Part shown: positions 18,151-26,209 of the stretch, in pieces
Layout: the number at the start of each line of letters is the position of its first letter
How positions within the stretch are numbered: the first letter of the stretch is position 1
Source: a virus
Taxonomy: Duplodnaviria > Caudoviricetes
DNA length: 49,231 bases
IMG/VR virus record: IMGVR_UViG_3300031949_000058
Span: 1-49,231 of that record
Direction: 5' to 3' (one strand)
Notes under the pieces: model-generated
The model's input: the letters and a program-made list of their open reading frames with translations, nothing else
Database searches by the model: none
What the model was told of the DNA's origin: nothing
Translations under genes and position numbers: made by a program

Positions 18151-18812
18151 TCCCTGGAGGCGCGCGGCTCTTGGATTTGTTTTGCGGCGCTGGCGGGGCC
18201 GCGATTGGTTATCACCGAGCAGGCTTCACTGAGATCGTAGGGGTGGACATCAAGCCACAACCGCGGTATCCGTTCACGTTCGTGCAGGCGGACGCGTTGG
18301 AGTTCGTGAAGTCGTTCGGTGCTGGGTTCGATGCGATCCACGCGAGCCCGCCGTGTCAGGCGTATTGTTATCTCGCGGCCATCCACGCAAAGCAGTCGAA
18401 GCATCTAAAACTGATCAAACCAACGCGCGAGGCGCTGTTCGCGGCTGGCCGGCCGTTCGTGATCGAGAACGTCGAGAATGCGCCGCTGCGATCTGCGATC
18501 TTGCTGTGTGGCAGCGTGTTTGGTCTGCGTGTCCGTCGTCATCGTCTCTTTGAATCGTCTGTGCTCCTGTGGGCACCATTACCGCGCCACGACCACAAGA
18601 AGCAGGGTCGGAGTGTCGGTGTCTACGGACATCAGGGCTCAGGCGTTCTGAGGGCGAGAGCGAACGGCGGTTCATTCATCCGGGCGAAGAATGCGGCCGA
18701 CGCGAACGATGCCCTTGGAACCACAGGGTTCTCGTGGCGCGAAGCCACTCAAGCCATTCCCCCGGTCTACACGGAATACATCGGCAAACAACTTCTGGAG
18801 GCGATCCGATGA
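18147..18812 (+). CDS. DNA cytosine-C5 methyltransferase-like protein, 221 aa
   Basis: LDLFCGAGG, HASPPCQ, IENV and RHRLF motifs. Confidence 0.85.
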   Translation: MIPGGARLLDLFCGAGGAAIGYHRAGFTEIVGVDIKPQPRYPFTFVQADALEFVKSFGAGFDAIHASPPCQAYCYLAAIHAKQSKHLKLIKPTREALFAAGRPFVIENVENAPLRSAILLCGSVFGLRVRRHRLFESSVLLWAPLPRHDHKKQGRSVGVYGHQGSGVLRARANGGSFIRAKNAADANDALGTTGFSWREATQAIPPVYTEYIGKQLLEAIR

Positions 18813-18824
18813 TCCCTGGAGGCG
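18147..18824 (+). repeat. 16-nt perfect direct repeat ATGATCCCTGGAGGCG (18147-18162, 18809-18824)
   Basis: Brackets the C5 methyltransferase gene exactly. Confidence 0.85.
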
Positions 18825-18863
18825 TCCCATCCTGGCCGTGGACGGGGAAAGCGTGAATCCGGC

Positions 18864-19373
18864 ATGAAGGCCGATGAAGCCTGGGCAACGATCGACGCGA
18901 AGGCCGACCGGCTCGAGTTCCGCGTTGCGCGGGAATTGCGCTCGGTGAACGCCTGGCAGGGCCGTCACTGGACGGTCAAGAACCGGGAGCGGCAAGGGTG
19001 GGAGGACGCCTTGACGCACGCGCTGTGCCTTACTGCAGGCGCGCAGAGTGTGGGCTCGGTACTGTTCCTGATGAACGCGATCCCGGCGGCGAAACGGGTC
19101 TGCATGACGAAGCGGCGCGTGACGATTCAACGGTGGGCGCCGTCCAAGCGTTGGTTTATCCGCGATGACGACAACTTGGCCGGCGCGAGCAAGCCGGTGT
19201 TGGATGCGCTGAAGCGACTGGGCTTCATCAGAGACGATCGCCGCAAGTGGATCGATCTTGTCGTCGCCTCGCAGGATGTCTCAACGGACGGGCGATTCTG
19301 GACGCTGGTCACGATCGAACCGGCGTCCTCCACTGGTACGGACAGGAGGACCGATGAGCAATCGAGACGCTGA
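18864..19373 (+). CDS. RusA-like Holliday junction resolvase
   Basis: SVN..DDDNL..KPVLDAL..IRDD. Confidence 0.7.
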   Translation: MKADEAWATIDAKADRLEFRVARELRSVNAWQGRHWTVKNRERQGWEDALTHALCLTAGAQSVGSVLFLMNAIPAAKRVCMTKRRVTIQRWAPSKRWFIRDDDNLAGASKPVLDALKRLGFIRDDRRKWIDLVVASQDVSTDGRFWTLVTIEPASSTGTDRRTDEQSRR

Positions 19374-19870
19374 GCGGCGCCGCATCATTGCCAATGCGAA
19401 ACATGTTTGCGCTGGTATCGAGGACACGTTTGTCAAGGTCGCGTACTGGAACGAGCATGTCAGGCAACCCGATGAGGCACCGATTGATCCTGATCCGGAT
19501 GGTGCGATGCGACGTCTCGCGGATGGCCTCGATCGCATGCTTGCCGACGACACGGGAGACGGCCCGATCCCGCCACTTGGTGGATGGCTGTCACCGATGA
19601 TCGGCCGAGAATCGAAAGCGAAACACTGATGCCGTCCTCCACGGGCACGGACAGGAGCGGTCATGCTGAGTGAAGAGAGCGTGTGGAACGTGCTGCACGC
19701 GGAAGTCACGCGGAGAGGCGGTCAAAAAGCGGCGGCGAAGCGTCTCGGTGTGTCTGCTCAGCATCTCTGTGACGTGTTCCACGGTCGGCGGGCGCTTAGT
19801 GCGAAACTCCTCGCAGGGCTTGGGTATCGGCGCGTGACGATGTACGAACGGGTGGGCACGGACAGGAGCG
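19324..19870 (+). repeat. RBS-containing repeat, three copies (19324-48, 19633-59, 19854-70)
   Basis: Core ACGGACAGGAG; copies 1 and 2 match 23/25, copies 2 and 3 match 17/17. Confidence 0.85.
19354..19629 (+). CDS. Hypothetical protein, 91 aa
   Basis: AGGAGG RBS within the repeat. Confidence 0.6.
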   Translation: MSNRDAERRRIIANAKHVCAGIEDTFVKVAYWNEHVRQPDEAPIDPDPDGAMRRLADGLDRMLADDTGDGPIPPLGGWLSPMIGRESKAKH

Positions 19871-19881
19871 CAGGGCAGTGA
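19663..19881 (+). CDS. Small HTH protein, 72 aa
   Basis: GQKAAAKRLGVSAQHLCDVFHGRR. Confidence 0.75.
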   Translation: MLSEESVWNVLHAEVTRRGGQKAAAKRLGVSAQHLCDVFHGRRALSAKLLAGLGYRRVTMYERVGTDRSAGQ

Positions 19882-20840
19882 GCTTGATCCTGGCTGATGC
19901 GCGGGCCATTCCGTTACGGGATGGGTGCGTGCAGTGCGTGGTGACGAGCCCTCCGTATTGGGGGCTGAGAGACTACGGGCACGAGGGACAAATCGGCATG
20001 GAGCAGACGCCAGAGGCGTACGTGGCTGATTTGGCAAACGTGTTCGATGAGGTGCGGCGCGTGCTTCGCACTGATGGGACGTGCTGGGTTAATTTGGGGG
20101 ACAGTTACCAGAACGCGAAAGGACAGGCACACGGAGTCGACCCTAAGCAGGTGGCGCGGCGGCATGGGCTACGTCCGCAGGATGTTAGCGTGCCGGGGCT
20201 CAAGCCGAAAGACCTTGTGGGCATTCCGTGGATGTTCGCGTTTGAGGCCCGCCGGCGCGGCTGGTATTTACGCAGCGAAATCATCTGGTCTAAACCAAAT
20301 CCGATGTGCGATTCATGTGAGGATCGGCCGACCCGCTCGCATGAAAATCTGTTTCTTCTCGCCAAGTCGCGTCGGTATTTCTACGACCAGGCGGCCATCG
20401 CCGAACCGCTAACCGCGAGCTCAATTGCCCGTTACCAAGCCGCCATTGACAGGCGTGAGAAGTACGATCCAGCGCGTCACAAGGCTAGCGCAGAGCGGCA
20501 GTCAAAGCACCATCGCGCGCCGATGGAAGTATTGACGGAAAGCGCGGCGGCAGTAGTTGAACGAGGAACGCGAAATAAGCGGAGCGTTTGGACACTTCCG
20601 ACGCAGCCGTACCACGAAGCTCACTTCGCGACGTTTCCCGACAAGCTCGTGGTGCCGTGCATCCTCGCCGGTTCACGGCTGGGTGACATCGTCTACGACC
20701 CTTTCATCGGCTCGGGCACTGTTGGCGCCGTCGCGGAACGTCTCGGCCGTCGATGGGTCGGGACGGATCTGAGCTATCAGCACTTGGCGAAGAAACGGAC
20801 AGCGCAGCGTGGCCTCAGATTCGAGGAAGCGAGCGCATGA
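19878..20840 (+). CDS. Beta-class N4-cytosine/N6-adenine DNA methyltransferase
   Basis: VTSPPYW, HFATFP and DPFIGSGT motifs. Confidence 0.9.
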   Translation: MSLILADARAIPLRDGCVQCVVTSPPYWGLRDYGHEGQIGMEQTPEAYVADLANVFDEVRRVLRTDGTCWVNLGDSYQNAKGQAHGVDPKQVARRHGLRPQDVSVPGLKPKDLVGIPWMFAFEARRRGWYLRSEIIWSKPNPMCDSCEDRPTRSHENLFLLAKSRRYFYDQAAIAEPLTASSIARYQAAIDRREKYDPARHKASAERQSKHHRAPMEVLTESAAAVVERGTRNKRSVWTLPTQPYHEAHFATFPDKLVVPCILAGSRLGDIVYDPFIGSGTVGAVAERLGRRWVGTDLSYQHLAKKRTAQRGLRFEEASA

Positions 20841-21205
20841 TCCGCTGCCTTCTATCGCGCGATGGAGTCAACCCGATGACGGACTGGACCCGACTAGAAC
20901 AGCTCCGAGACGAGTGGCGGCGCGAGGCAGATGGGCAGCGGCTGCTATACGAGGACCGAGACGCTGGGCGAGCGAACGTCTTCGACAAATGCGCTGAGCA
21001 ACTCGACGCCCTCCTCGCCGAACTGAAAGATCCTCTTCATCCGTGGCGTTCGCCGTGGATCTACGTGGCTATCATCACCGGAACCGCGAGCCACTACGCG
21101 CCGTTTCCTGAGCCCGCGTGCTTGCTCATGGCTGTATCTGTGGCGCTGGGATACATCGGTGGCATCCGGGCCGTACGGAGGTTCCCTAATGAGTCTTCCC
21201 GCTGA
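20837..21205 (+). CDS. Hypothetical protein with C-terminal hydrophobic segments (start 20837 or 20876)
   Basis: ATGA overlap; GGAG before 20876. Confidence 0.5.
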   Translation: MIRCLLSRDGVNPMTDWTRLEQLRDEWRREADGQRLLYEDRDAGRANVFDKCAEQLDALLAELKDPLHPWRSPWIYVAIITGTASHYAPFPEPACLLMAVSVALGYIGGIRAVRRFPNESSR

Positions 21206-22274
21206 CCTGAACATGGACGCGTTGATCGAACGGTGGCAAGCGCGGTGCGTGCGGCTCTTCCCGGGCGAGCTCACGCGGCGGGCGGAACTCATGCGCTGCA
21301 TCGACGCACTCAAGGACTTTATGTGCGCCGGAGGCGTAGAGACGTCGCGATGGGCATGTCTGGCGTGTTCGACGGCGGCAGGAGTCGTGGACGATCCAAC
21401 GAGACATATTTCGCATGCGTTCGGTGAACCGTGTCCAAGTGGAGGCGTAGAGACGCCGCCCACGGCGGTGCATCGGTGCTCAGGCTGTTTTGTGTCCTGG
21501 GCTGGTATTCCAGAGTTGAACGGCGCGGAATTGTGTGGCGATTGCTGGCGGAAAGTGCAGCCGGTTTTACATGGGGGAGGCATAGAGACGCTACTTGCCG
21601 AAGTCGTCGCACTCAGAGCCGCGCGTGACGCCGCTGTCCAGCGCATGGAGGCGATGAAGCAGAGCACGGATCGGGACGATCTCATCGATCAACTCGAAGT
21701 GATCCAAGCTGAGCGCGATGCTCTTCGAGACCAATTACGTTTGGGAGGCGTAGAGACGCCAGCGCAGGAGCCGCCGGACAGCTTTGAGGACGCTCGCAAC
21801 ATTCTCGAACAGTGGATGCTCGTCAACGGAGACGCGCATTGGGACCGGCTGCGGCACGCGATGTATACGGTCATCACCCGTGCGGTGCGAGGCGTCCCCT
21901 CCAGCCCTCCACCCGCCACGCCGCACGAGCACAATTTTCAAGACTTCACCGTCTGTGCTGAGTGCGGTCAGACAGAAGCGGCAATCGAAGGGTGCCATCA
22001 CTGCGATGAGGTCACGGTCGGCAAGCGTTGCTGGTGGTGTCTGCGCGTGCGAGGAGTCAATCTTGTCAGCCCTCCACCCGTCACGGAGCCCTTGCGTGAG
22101 CGGGAATTAGAGTGGGTGCTGCATCGCGCCGAGGAAATCGTGCGAGACGAACACGGCAAGGACGTGTCGTATGCGTTCGTGCAGGCGTGGGGCGAGCTGC
22201 CGCAGGAATTGCGGACACCGCTGAAGCCAATCGAAGCCCTTCCACCTACCCCAGAGCCACAGGAGCAGGACTAG
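21189..22274 (+). CDS. Mosaic multi-module protein with Cys-rich units and repeated linkers, 361 aa
   Basis: GG[VI]ET four times, SPPP twice, several CxxC pairs. Confidence 0.65.
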   Translation: MSLPADLNMDALIERWQARCVRLFPGELTRRAELMRCIDALKDFMCAGGVETSRWACLACSTAAGVVDDPTRHISHAFGEPCPSGGVETPPTAVHRCSGCFVSWAGIPELNGAELCGDCWRKVQPVLHGGGIETLLAEVVALRAARDAAVQRMEAMKQSTDRDDLIDQLEVIQAERDALRDQLRLGGVETPAQEPPDSFEDARNILEQWMLVNGDAHWDRLRHAMYTVITRAVRGVPSSPPPATPHEHNFQDFTVCAECGQTEAAIEGCHHCDEVTVGKRCWWCLRVRGVNLVSPPPVTEPLRERELEWVLHRAEEIVRDEHGKDVSYAFVQAWGELPQELRTPLKPIEALPPTPEPQEQD

Positions 22275-22475
22275 ATGCCTTCCACGAACACCCTCCATGT
22301 CCGTTGTGTCGCGTGTCAGCACTGGACAGCACGCATCCGGCGCGAGGACGGGACATTTGGATCGTGTCATCGCTGTGGCGGATCACTTGTGCGCGAGACG
22401 GTCTGGGCGGATCGCCGGATACAGCGAGCGAAAGCAGATCTCGAGGCGCTGCACGGCACAGCCAGGACACGGTGA
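22275..22475 (+). CDS. Zinc-ribbon protein, 66 aa
   Basis: CVAC and CHRC motifs; RBS upstream. Confidence 0.6.
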   Translation: MPSTNTLHVRCVACQHWTARIRREDGTFGSCHRCGGSLVRETVWADRRIQRAKADLEALHGTARTR

Positions 22476-23293
22476 TGCTGATCTTCTGTAATTTCGGCGA
22501 ATGGGCGATCGAACAAGCGGCGCGCGAGGGCTTCGACGGCATCCGTTGCGACGAGTCCAACGGGCGCACCGCTGCAGAGAACGTGTCACTATTCGTGCAT
22601 CAGCCGATGCGACCGATCTTCCTCCTGCACGACGTGACGCAGAGTCAGCCGCTGCTCGATGCGCTCCTGCCGGTGCAGGACCACCTGCTCGACCCGGCGA
22701 TCGAAATCTTCAACGAGCTCGAAGAGGGCAAGGTCACGGAGGACATCTACGTCGACGGGATCGCGGCGGTGTACCACGATGCCAGATCGCGCGGGTTCAC
22801 GGGCCGGATCATCGCGGGCGGGTTGATGAACCTGAGCCGTGACAGTCTCGACTTTTACGCGCATGTCTTGCCGAGACTGCCGGCGGATCGTGGACTGCAA
22901 GGGCTGACGGTCGGGTTTCACGACTATCCGTACGGCACGCAGCAGGGTCCTCGGAAGACATGGCCGGGCACGGGCTCACCAGACAAGGCGATTGACACGC
23001 TTGTGGGGCTCGCCAAGGGTCGCGACATCGCCAATACCGAGGTCGGCTGGCACACAGCGGACGAGGAAGACGGATTCTTCGTCTGGAAACGGACGGTCCG
23101 GCTGACCGACGAGCAGGCGTACGACAAGCTCGTGACGGATCTCCGCCGGTACGACGCGCGCGGCTTCATCGTCCTGACCGTCGTGTTCCAGTGGCGCGAC
23201 GGCGGGGAAGACTTTCGCGGTCAGTTCGGATTGCACACCGCCGACGGCCAGCCGAAGCGACAACTTGACGCCGTGAAGGATTGGAGAACTTGA
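22475..23293 (+). CDS. Clan GH-A-like glycoside hydrolase, 272 aa
   Basis: IEIFNE (acid/base), FHDYPY, NTEVGW (nucleophile), FGL..DGQPK. Confidence 0.65.
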   Translation: MLIFCNFGEWAIEQAAREGFDGIRCDESNGRTAAENVSLFVHQPMRPIFLLHDVTQSQPLLDALLPVQDHLLDPAIEIFNELEEGKVTEDIYVDGIAAVYHDARSRGFTGRIIAGGLMNLSRDSLDFYAHVLPRLPADRGLQGLTVGFHDYPYGTQQGPRKTWPGTGSPDKAIDTLVGLAKGRDIANTEVGWHTADEEDGFFVWKRTVRLTDEQAYDKLVTDLRRYDARGFIVLTVVFQWRDGGEDFRGQFGLHTADGQPKRQLDAVKDWRT

Positions 23294-24777
23294 TGGCTGA
23301 TGTGGTCCAGCGGTTGATCGTGCTCCCGCCGACCTGTGACGGCGCCACGGGCTACATCGATGACGTGGGTGGTGGCCACGGATTCACGGCTATGGTCGGC
23401 GAGTTCCCAGAAGCGACGGCGCGCGTCGATCTGCGGATTGGGGCGAACTGCACGGATGCGTGGACGTACGTGCGCGTCGAGGCAGCCGGCTATCGGCCGT
23501 ACACCAGGCATGCCGTGCTGATTCGAGCGGGCATCGATCGGCAGATTCGCATCGGCTCTCCGCCCGATCCGAACCGTCACGGCGACACGATCTTGCCGCC
23601 GCTCGAGCCGCTCGTCGTGACGGCACAGCGTGCGCTCGTCGGCTCGCTCCGCGTGGTGCATCACCCCACTTCGAAGACGCACAGCTACGCCGACGACACC
23701 GGGCCGCGGCGCGTCCTGTTCTGTTCCTGGTTCTGCGCGCTCAGGGATTGGCGAGACGACGCCACGAAAGCCGCGGCCGTGCTCGATCGCATCGCGGCAT
23801 CTGGCTATCAGGGCGTGCGGATCTTGCGCGTGCTCGGCGAGTCAGATACGTCCGGGTACTTTGCGGGCCGGGCTGTGCTGCCGGAATGGTCGATCCCGGC
23901 CCTCGTGGAATTCTTGCGAGCGTGCGAGGCGCGCCAGCTCCGCGTCCAACTGAGTTGCGGCCGGCAGTGGGGCACAACTGAGCGCATGGCGTGGGAACGA
24001 CGCTGCGCCGAAGCGGTCCAGGCGGCCGGGCTGGCCTCGGTGATCGCGCTGTGGGAGGGCGACAACGAACCCCACCGTAACGCGCCGATGCGCGACTCCG
24101 ACGAGCAGTACGCCTTCTATCGACAACTGTTCGAGATGGTCCGTTCGACGCTGCGCCCGACACCGTTCTGCGCGTGCGGCGCGCCAGCGAACGAAGATCC
24201 CGAAAACCTGTATCGGGCCGCGCAACATTCCGACGTGCTCGAAAAGCACGGGAGCCGTGACGAGGACCGCTGCGTCAAGCGCGCGTTCACCCCGTGGTAC
24301 TGGGAAGGCGATCCGGGCCATTTCCCGGTGCCTTTCTGGGAAGGCGAGCCTATCCCGTTCACACACCCGGATGCGTTCATGGGGACGACGTCGACTGGCC
24401 GCATCATTGCGACGCTCGCGATGAATCAGCTTGTCGGCAGCGCCGTCACGTTCTTCAGCGGCGAAGCGGTGCGCGGGACGGACCCGACAATTGCGCCGGG
24501 TTTCAACGAAGTCCCGCGACTGCTCAACTATCTGCCGGAGGACGTCGCGAAAGCCACGCACGTCTCAGGCGGGAACGTCTGGTGGTGGTTGCTGTCTGAT
24601 GGCCGATTCGCCACGGTGGTCGATGCCGACTACTGGGGACCGTCCGCCTTGACGCCTCCGAAGCCGGTCCAGGACTGCCAGATCATCGGGCCAGGCTGGA
24701 CGGTCCGCGAGGGGACCGGGGCGCCGAAGCTCGAGCCGACCGACGGCGCTGCGCTCATCGTAGGGCACTTCGCGTGA
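23293..24777 (+). CDS. Second GH-A-like TIM-barrel glycoside hydrolase with N-terminal beta domain, 494 aa
   Basis: GYQGVRI, WEGDNEP, KHGSR and WEGEP motifs. Confidence 0.55.
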   Translation: MADVVQRLIVLPPTCDGATGYIDDVGGGHGFTAMVGEFPEATARVDLRIGANCTDAWTYVRVEAAGYRPYTRHAVLIRAGIDRQIRIGSPPDPNRHGDTILPPLEPLVVTAQRALVGSLRVVHHPTSKTHSYADDTGPRRVLFCSWFCALRDWRDDATKAAAVLDRIAASGYQGVRILRVLGESDTSGYFAGRAVLPEWSIPALVEFLRACEARQLRVQLSCGRQWGTTERMAWERRCAEAVQAAGLASVIALWEGDNEPHRNAPMRDSDEQYAFYRQLFEMVRSTLRPTPFCACGAPANEDPENLYRAAQHSDVLEKHGSRDEDRCVKRAFTPWYWEGDPGHFPVPFWEGEPIPFTHPDAFMGTTSTGRIIATLAMNQLVGSAVTFFSGEAVRGTDPTIAPGFNEVPRLLNYLPEDVAKATHVSGGNVWWWLLSDGRFATVVDADYWGPSALTPPKPVQDCQIIGPGWTVREGTGAPKLEPTDGAALIVGHFA

Positions 24778-24782
24778 ATGCC

Positions 24783-25124
24783 CTATTCCTCCTCCGTCGA
24801 GAACTGCGACCGATACGTCGCCGGCGCGCGTGGATGCTCGGCGCGGTACTTGGCCCAGCGCACGTCGACGGCATGCCGAGCAGCATTCGTGCGCTCAGCT
24901 GGCGTACGCGAGGCATTCAGCGCCTGCGCACCTTTCGCTGCCAGCGCCGACCGTTGCCAGGCGAGCGCTGCGCGGATCGGATCGCCCTCACCGAGCGGAT
25001 CGATATAGTCGGCTGCCCAGAGCTCGATCAGGCGGCGCAAGCCCTCCTGCAGCCGATTACCGGCGCGGGACTGGACGATCCGCCAGGGGGCGCTGGGAAT
25101 TTGCCGGATCCTGTACTCGGGCAT
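24783..25124 (-). CDS. Basic hypothetical protein, possibly DNA-binding, 113 aa
   Basis: GAGG RBS; KGAQALNASRTPAER..ARHA..RW tail. Confidence 0.6.
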   Translation of the reverse strand: MPEYRIRQIPSAPWRIVQSRAGNRLQEGLRRLIELWAADYIDPLGEGDPIRAALAWQRSALAAKGAQALNASRTPAERTNAARHAVDVRWAKYRAEHPRAPATYRSQFSTEEE

Positions 25125-25361
25125 CTAGTCCTCGATCGGCTGACGTATCGCGTGCTGATCCAGCGATCGTATGGCGCGGCGCAGTCGCGCCGGACTCCAT
25201 GGCGAGACCTCGGCCGCGCAGTCGTCATCACAGGCGCACGCTGCGTGCTGTCCGTGCTGGAGCATGGCCTGATGGGCCAGGAGCTGGTCCATCGTCCATC
25301 GCAGGGGTCGTCCACAGCGGTCGCAGCGTCGGAGTACCGTGGTAGTCGTTTCGCTGGTCAT
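25125..25361 (-). CDS. Cys-containing hypothetical protein, 78 aa
   Basis: GAGGAGG RBS; CDRC and CDDDC motifs. Confidence 0.55.
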   Translation of the reverse strand: MTSETTTTVLRRCDRCGRPLRWTMDQLLAHQAMLQHGQHAACACDDDCAAEVSPWSPARLRRAIRSLDQHAIRQPIED

Positions 25362-25415
25362 CTCATCCTCCTCAGATGGGGGCAGACACGGGAGGGCGTC
25401 TGCGATCTACTGCGG

Positions 25416-25595
25416 CTATTGGATGTTGGCGACGACGCGGCCGTCGCGCACGACATCACCGGTGGCGGTCACGATGTCGCCGCGGCGGAGCGGGACATCA
25501 TCGGCGCCGACGGCGCTGGCGTGGTCGCTCGTGATGATCCAGCCATCGAGAGTATCGGTGGGCTCGAGGGTGCCGGTCGTCAGGGTCAGGGTCAT
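25416..25595 (-). CDS. Hypothetical protein, 59 aa
   Basis: AAGGAG RBS; first gene after the leftward promoter. Confidence 0.55.
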   Translation of the reverse strand: MTLTLTTGTLEPTDTLDGWIITSDHASAVGADDVPLRRGDIVTATGDVVRDGRVVANIQ

Positions 25596-25647
25596 GCTCA
25601 TCTCCTTCAGATGGGGGCGGGCTGGATGGCCCGCAGTTGATAGAGGA

Positions 25648-25676
25648 AGTATAGGCGCTGGCGGGTAGAATGTCAA
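25648..25676 (-). promoter_or_regulatory. Near-consensus sigma70 promoter of the minus-strand island
   Basis: TTGACA, 17-nt spacer, TATACT on the minus strand. Confidence 0.85.
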
Positions 25677-25701
25677 GAGAAGGGATAGCGAAACCAGAGC
25701 C

Positions 25702-25890
25702 ATGAACGATCTCGCCTGTCCAGTCTGCGGCGGGAAGCGCTCTAAGGTGGTCGACAGCCGGCCGAACCACGACGGCGACGGCCGGGTACGGCTGCGCGAA
25801 TGCCTTGACTGCGATCACCGCTTCCCCACCCTTGAAGTCTACGAACCCCAGGCCAAGCGCTTATTTTCGACCTCCGCTGAGCACTACTAG
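25702..25890 (+). CDS. Stand-alone NrdR N-terminal-like zinc ribbon
   Basis: CPVCG..SKVVDSRP..RLRECLDCDHRFPTLE. Confidence 0.75.
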   Translation: MNDLACPVCGGKRSKVVDSRPNHDGDGRVRLRECLDCDHRFPTLEVYEPQAKRLFSTSAEHY

Positions 25891-25945
25891 CCCTAGCGGG
25901 CTGGGGTGGTAGGGTGGCTCAACCGCCCTAAACAACTGACCAATA

Positions 25946-26209
25946 GTGAAGCGCCGACCTCCAGCCGCGGGCCGTGGCCGTCCAAAGGGCGCCCTCAACA
26001 AGATTACGCGGGCCTTCCGCGAATCGACGCTCCTGGTCTATGACCGCCTCGGGGGCGACGATGCGTATTTGGCGTGGGCGGCGAAGCACCAAAACGACTT
26101 CTATCGCGCCATCTGTCCGCGCATGATTCCAACGGAGATGATCGGGCCTGGGCCGGCCGGCGAGCACATGGTGCGAACGACTGTCGTGCATGAATACCGT
26201 GACGCATGA
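25946..26209 (+). CDS. terS: Putative terminase small subunit
   Basis: GRPKGALNK motif; immediately upstream of terL. Confidence 0.65.
   Translation: MKRRPPAAGRGRPKGALNKITRAFRESTLLVYDRLGGDDAYLAWAAKHQNDFYRAICPRMIPTEMIGPGPAGEHMVRTTVVHEYRDA

Noticed and set aside
21330-21758. 15-nt repeats as a CRISPR array
   Set aside because: Repeats are too short, spacing is 111-168 nt and in frame within an ORF, and no cas genes are present.
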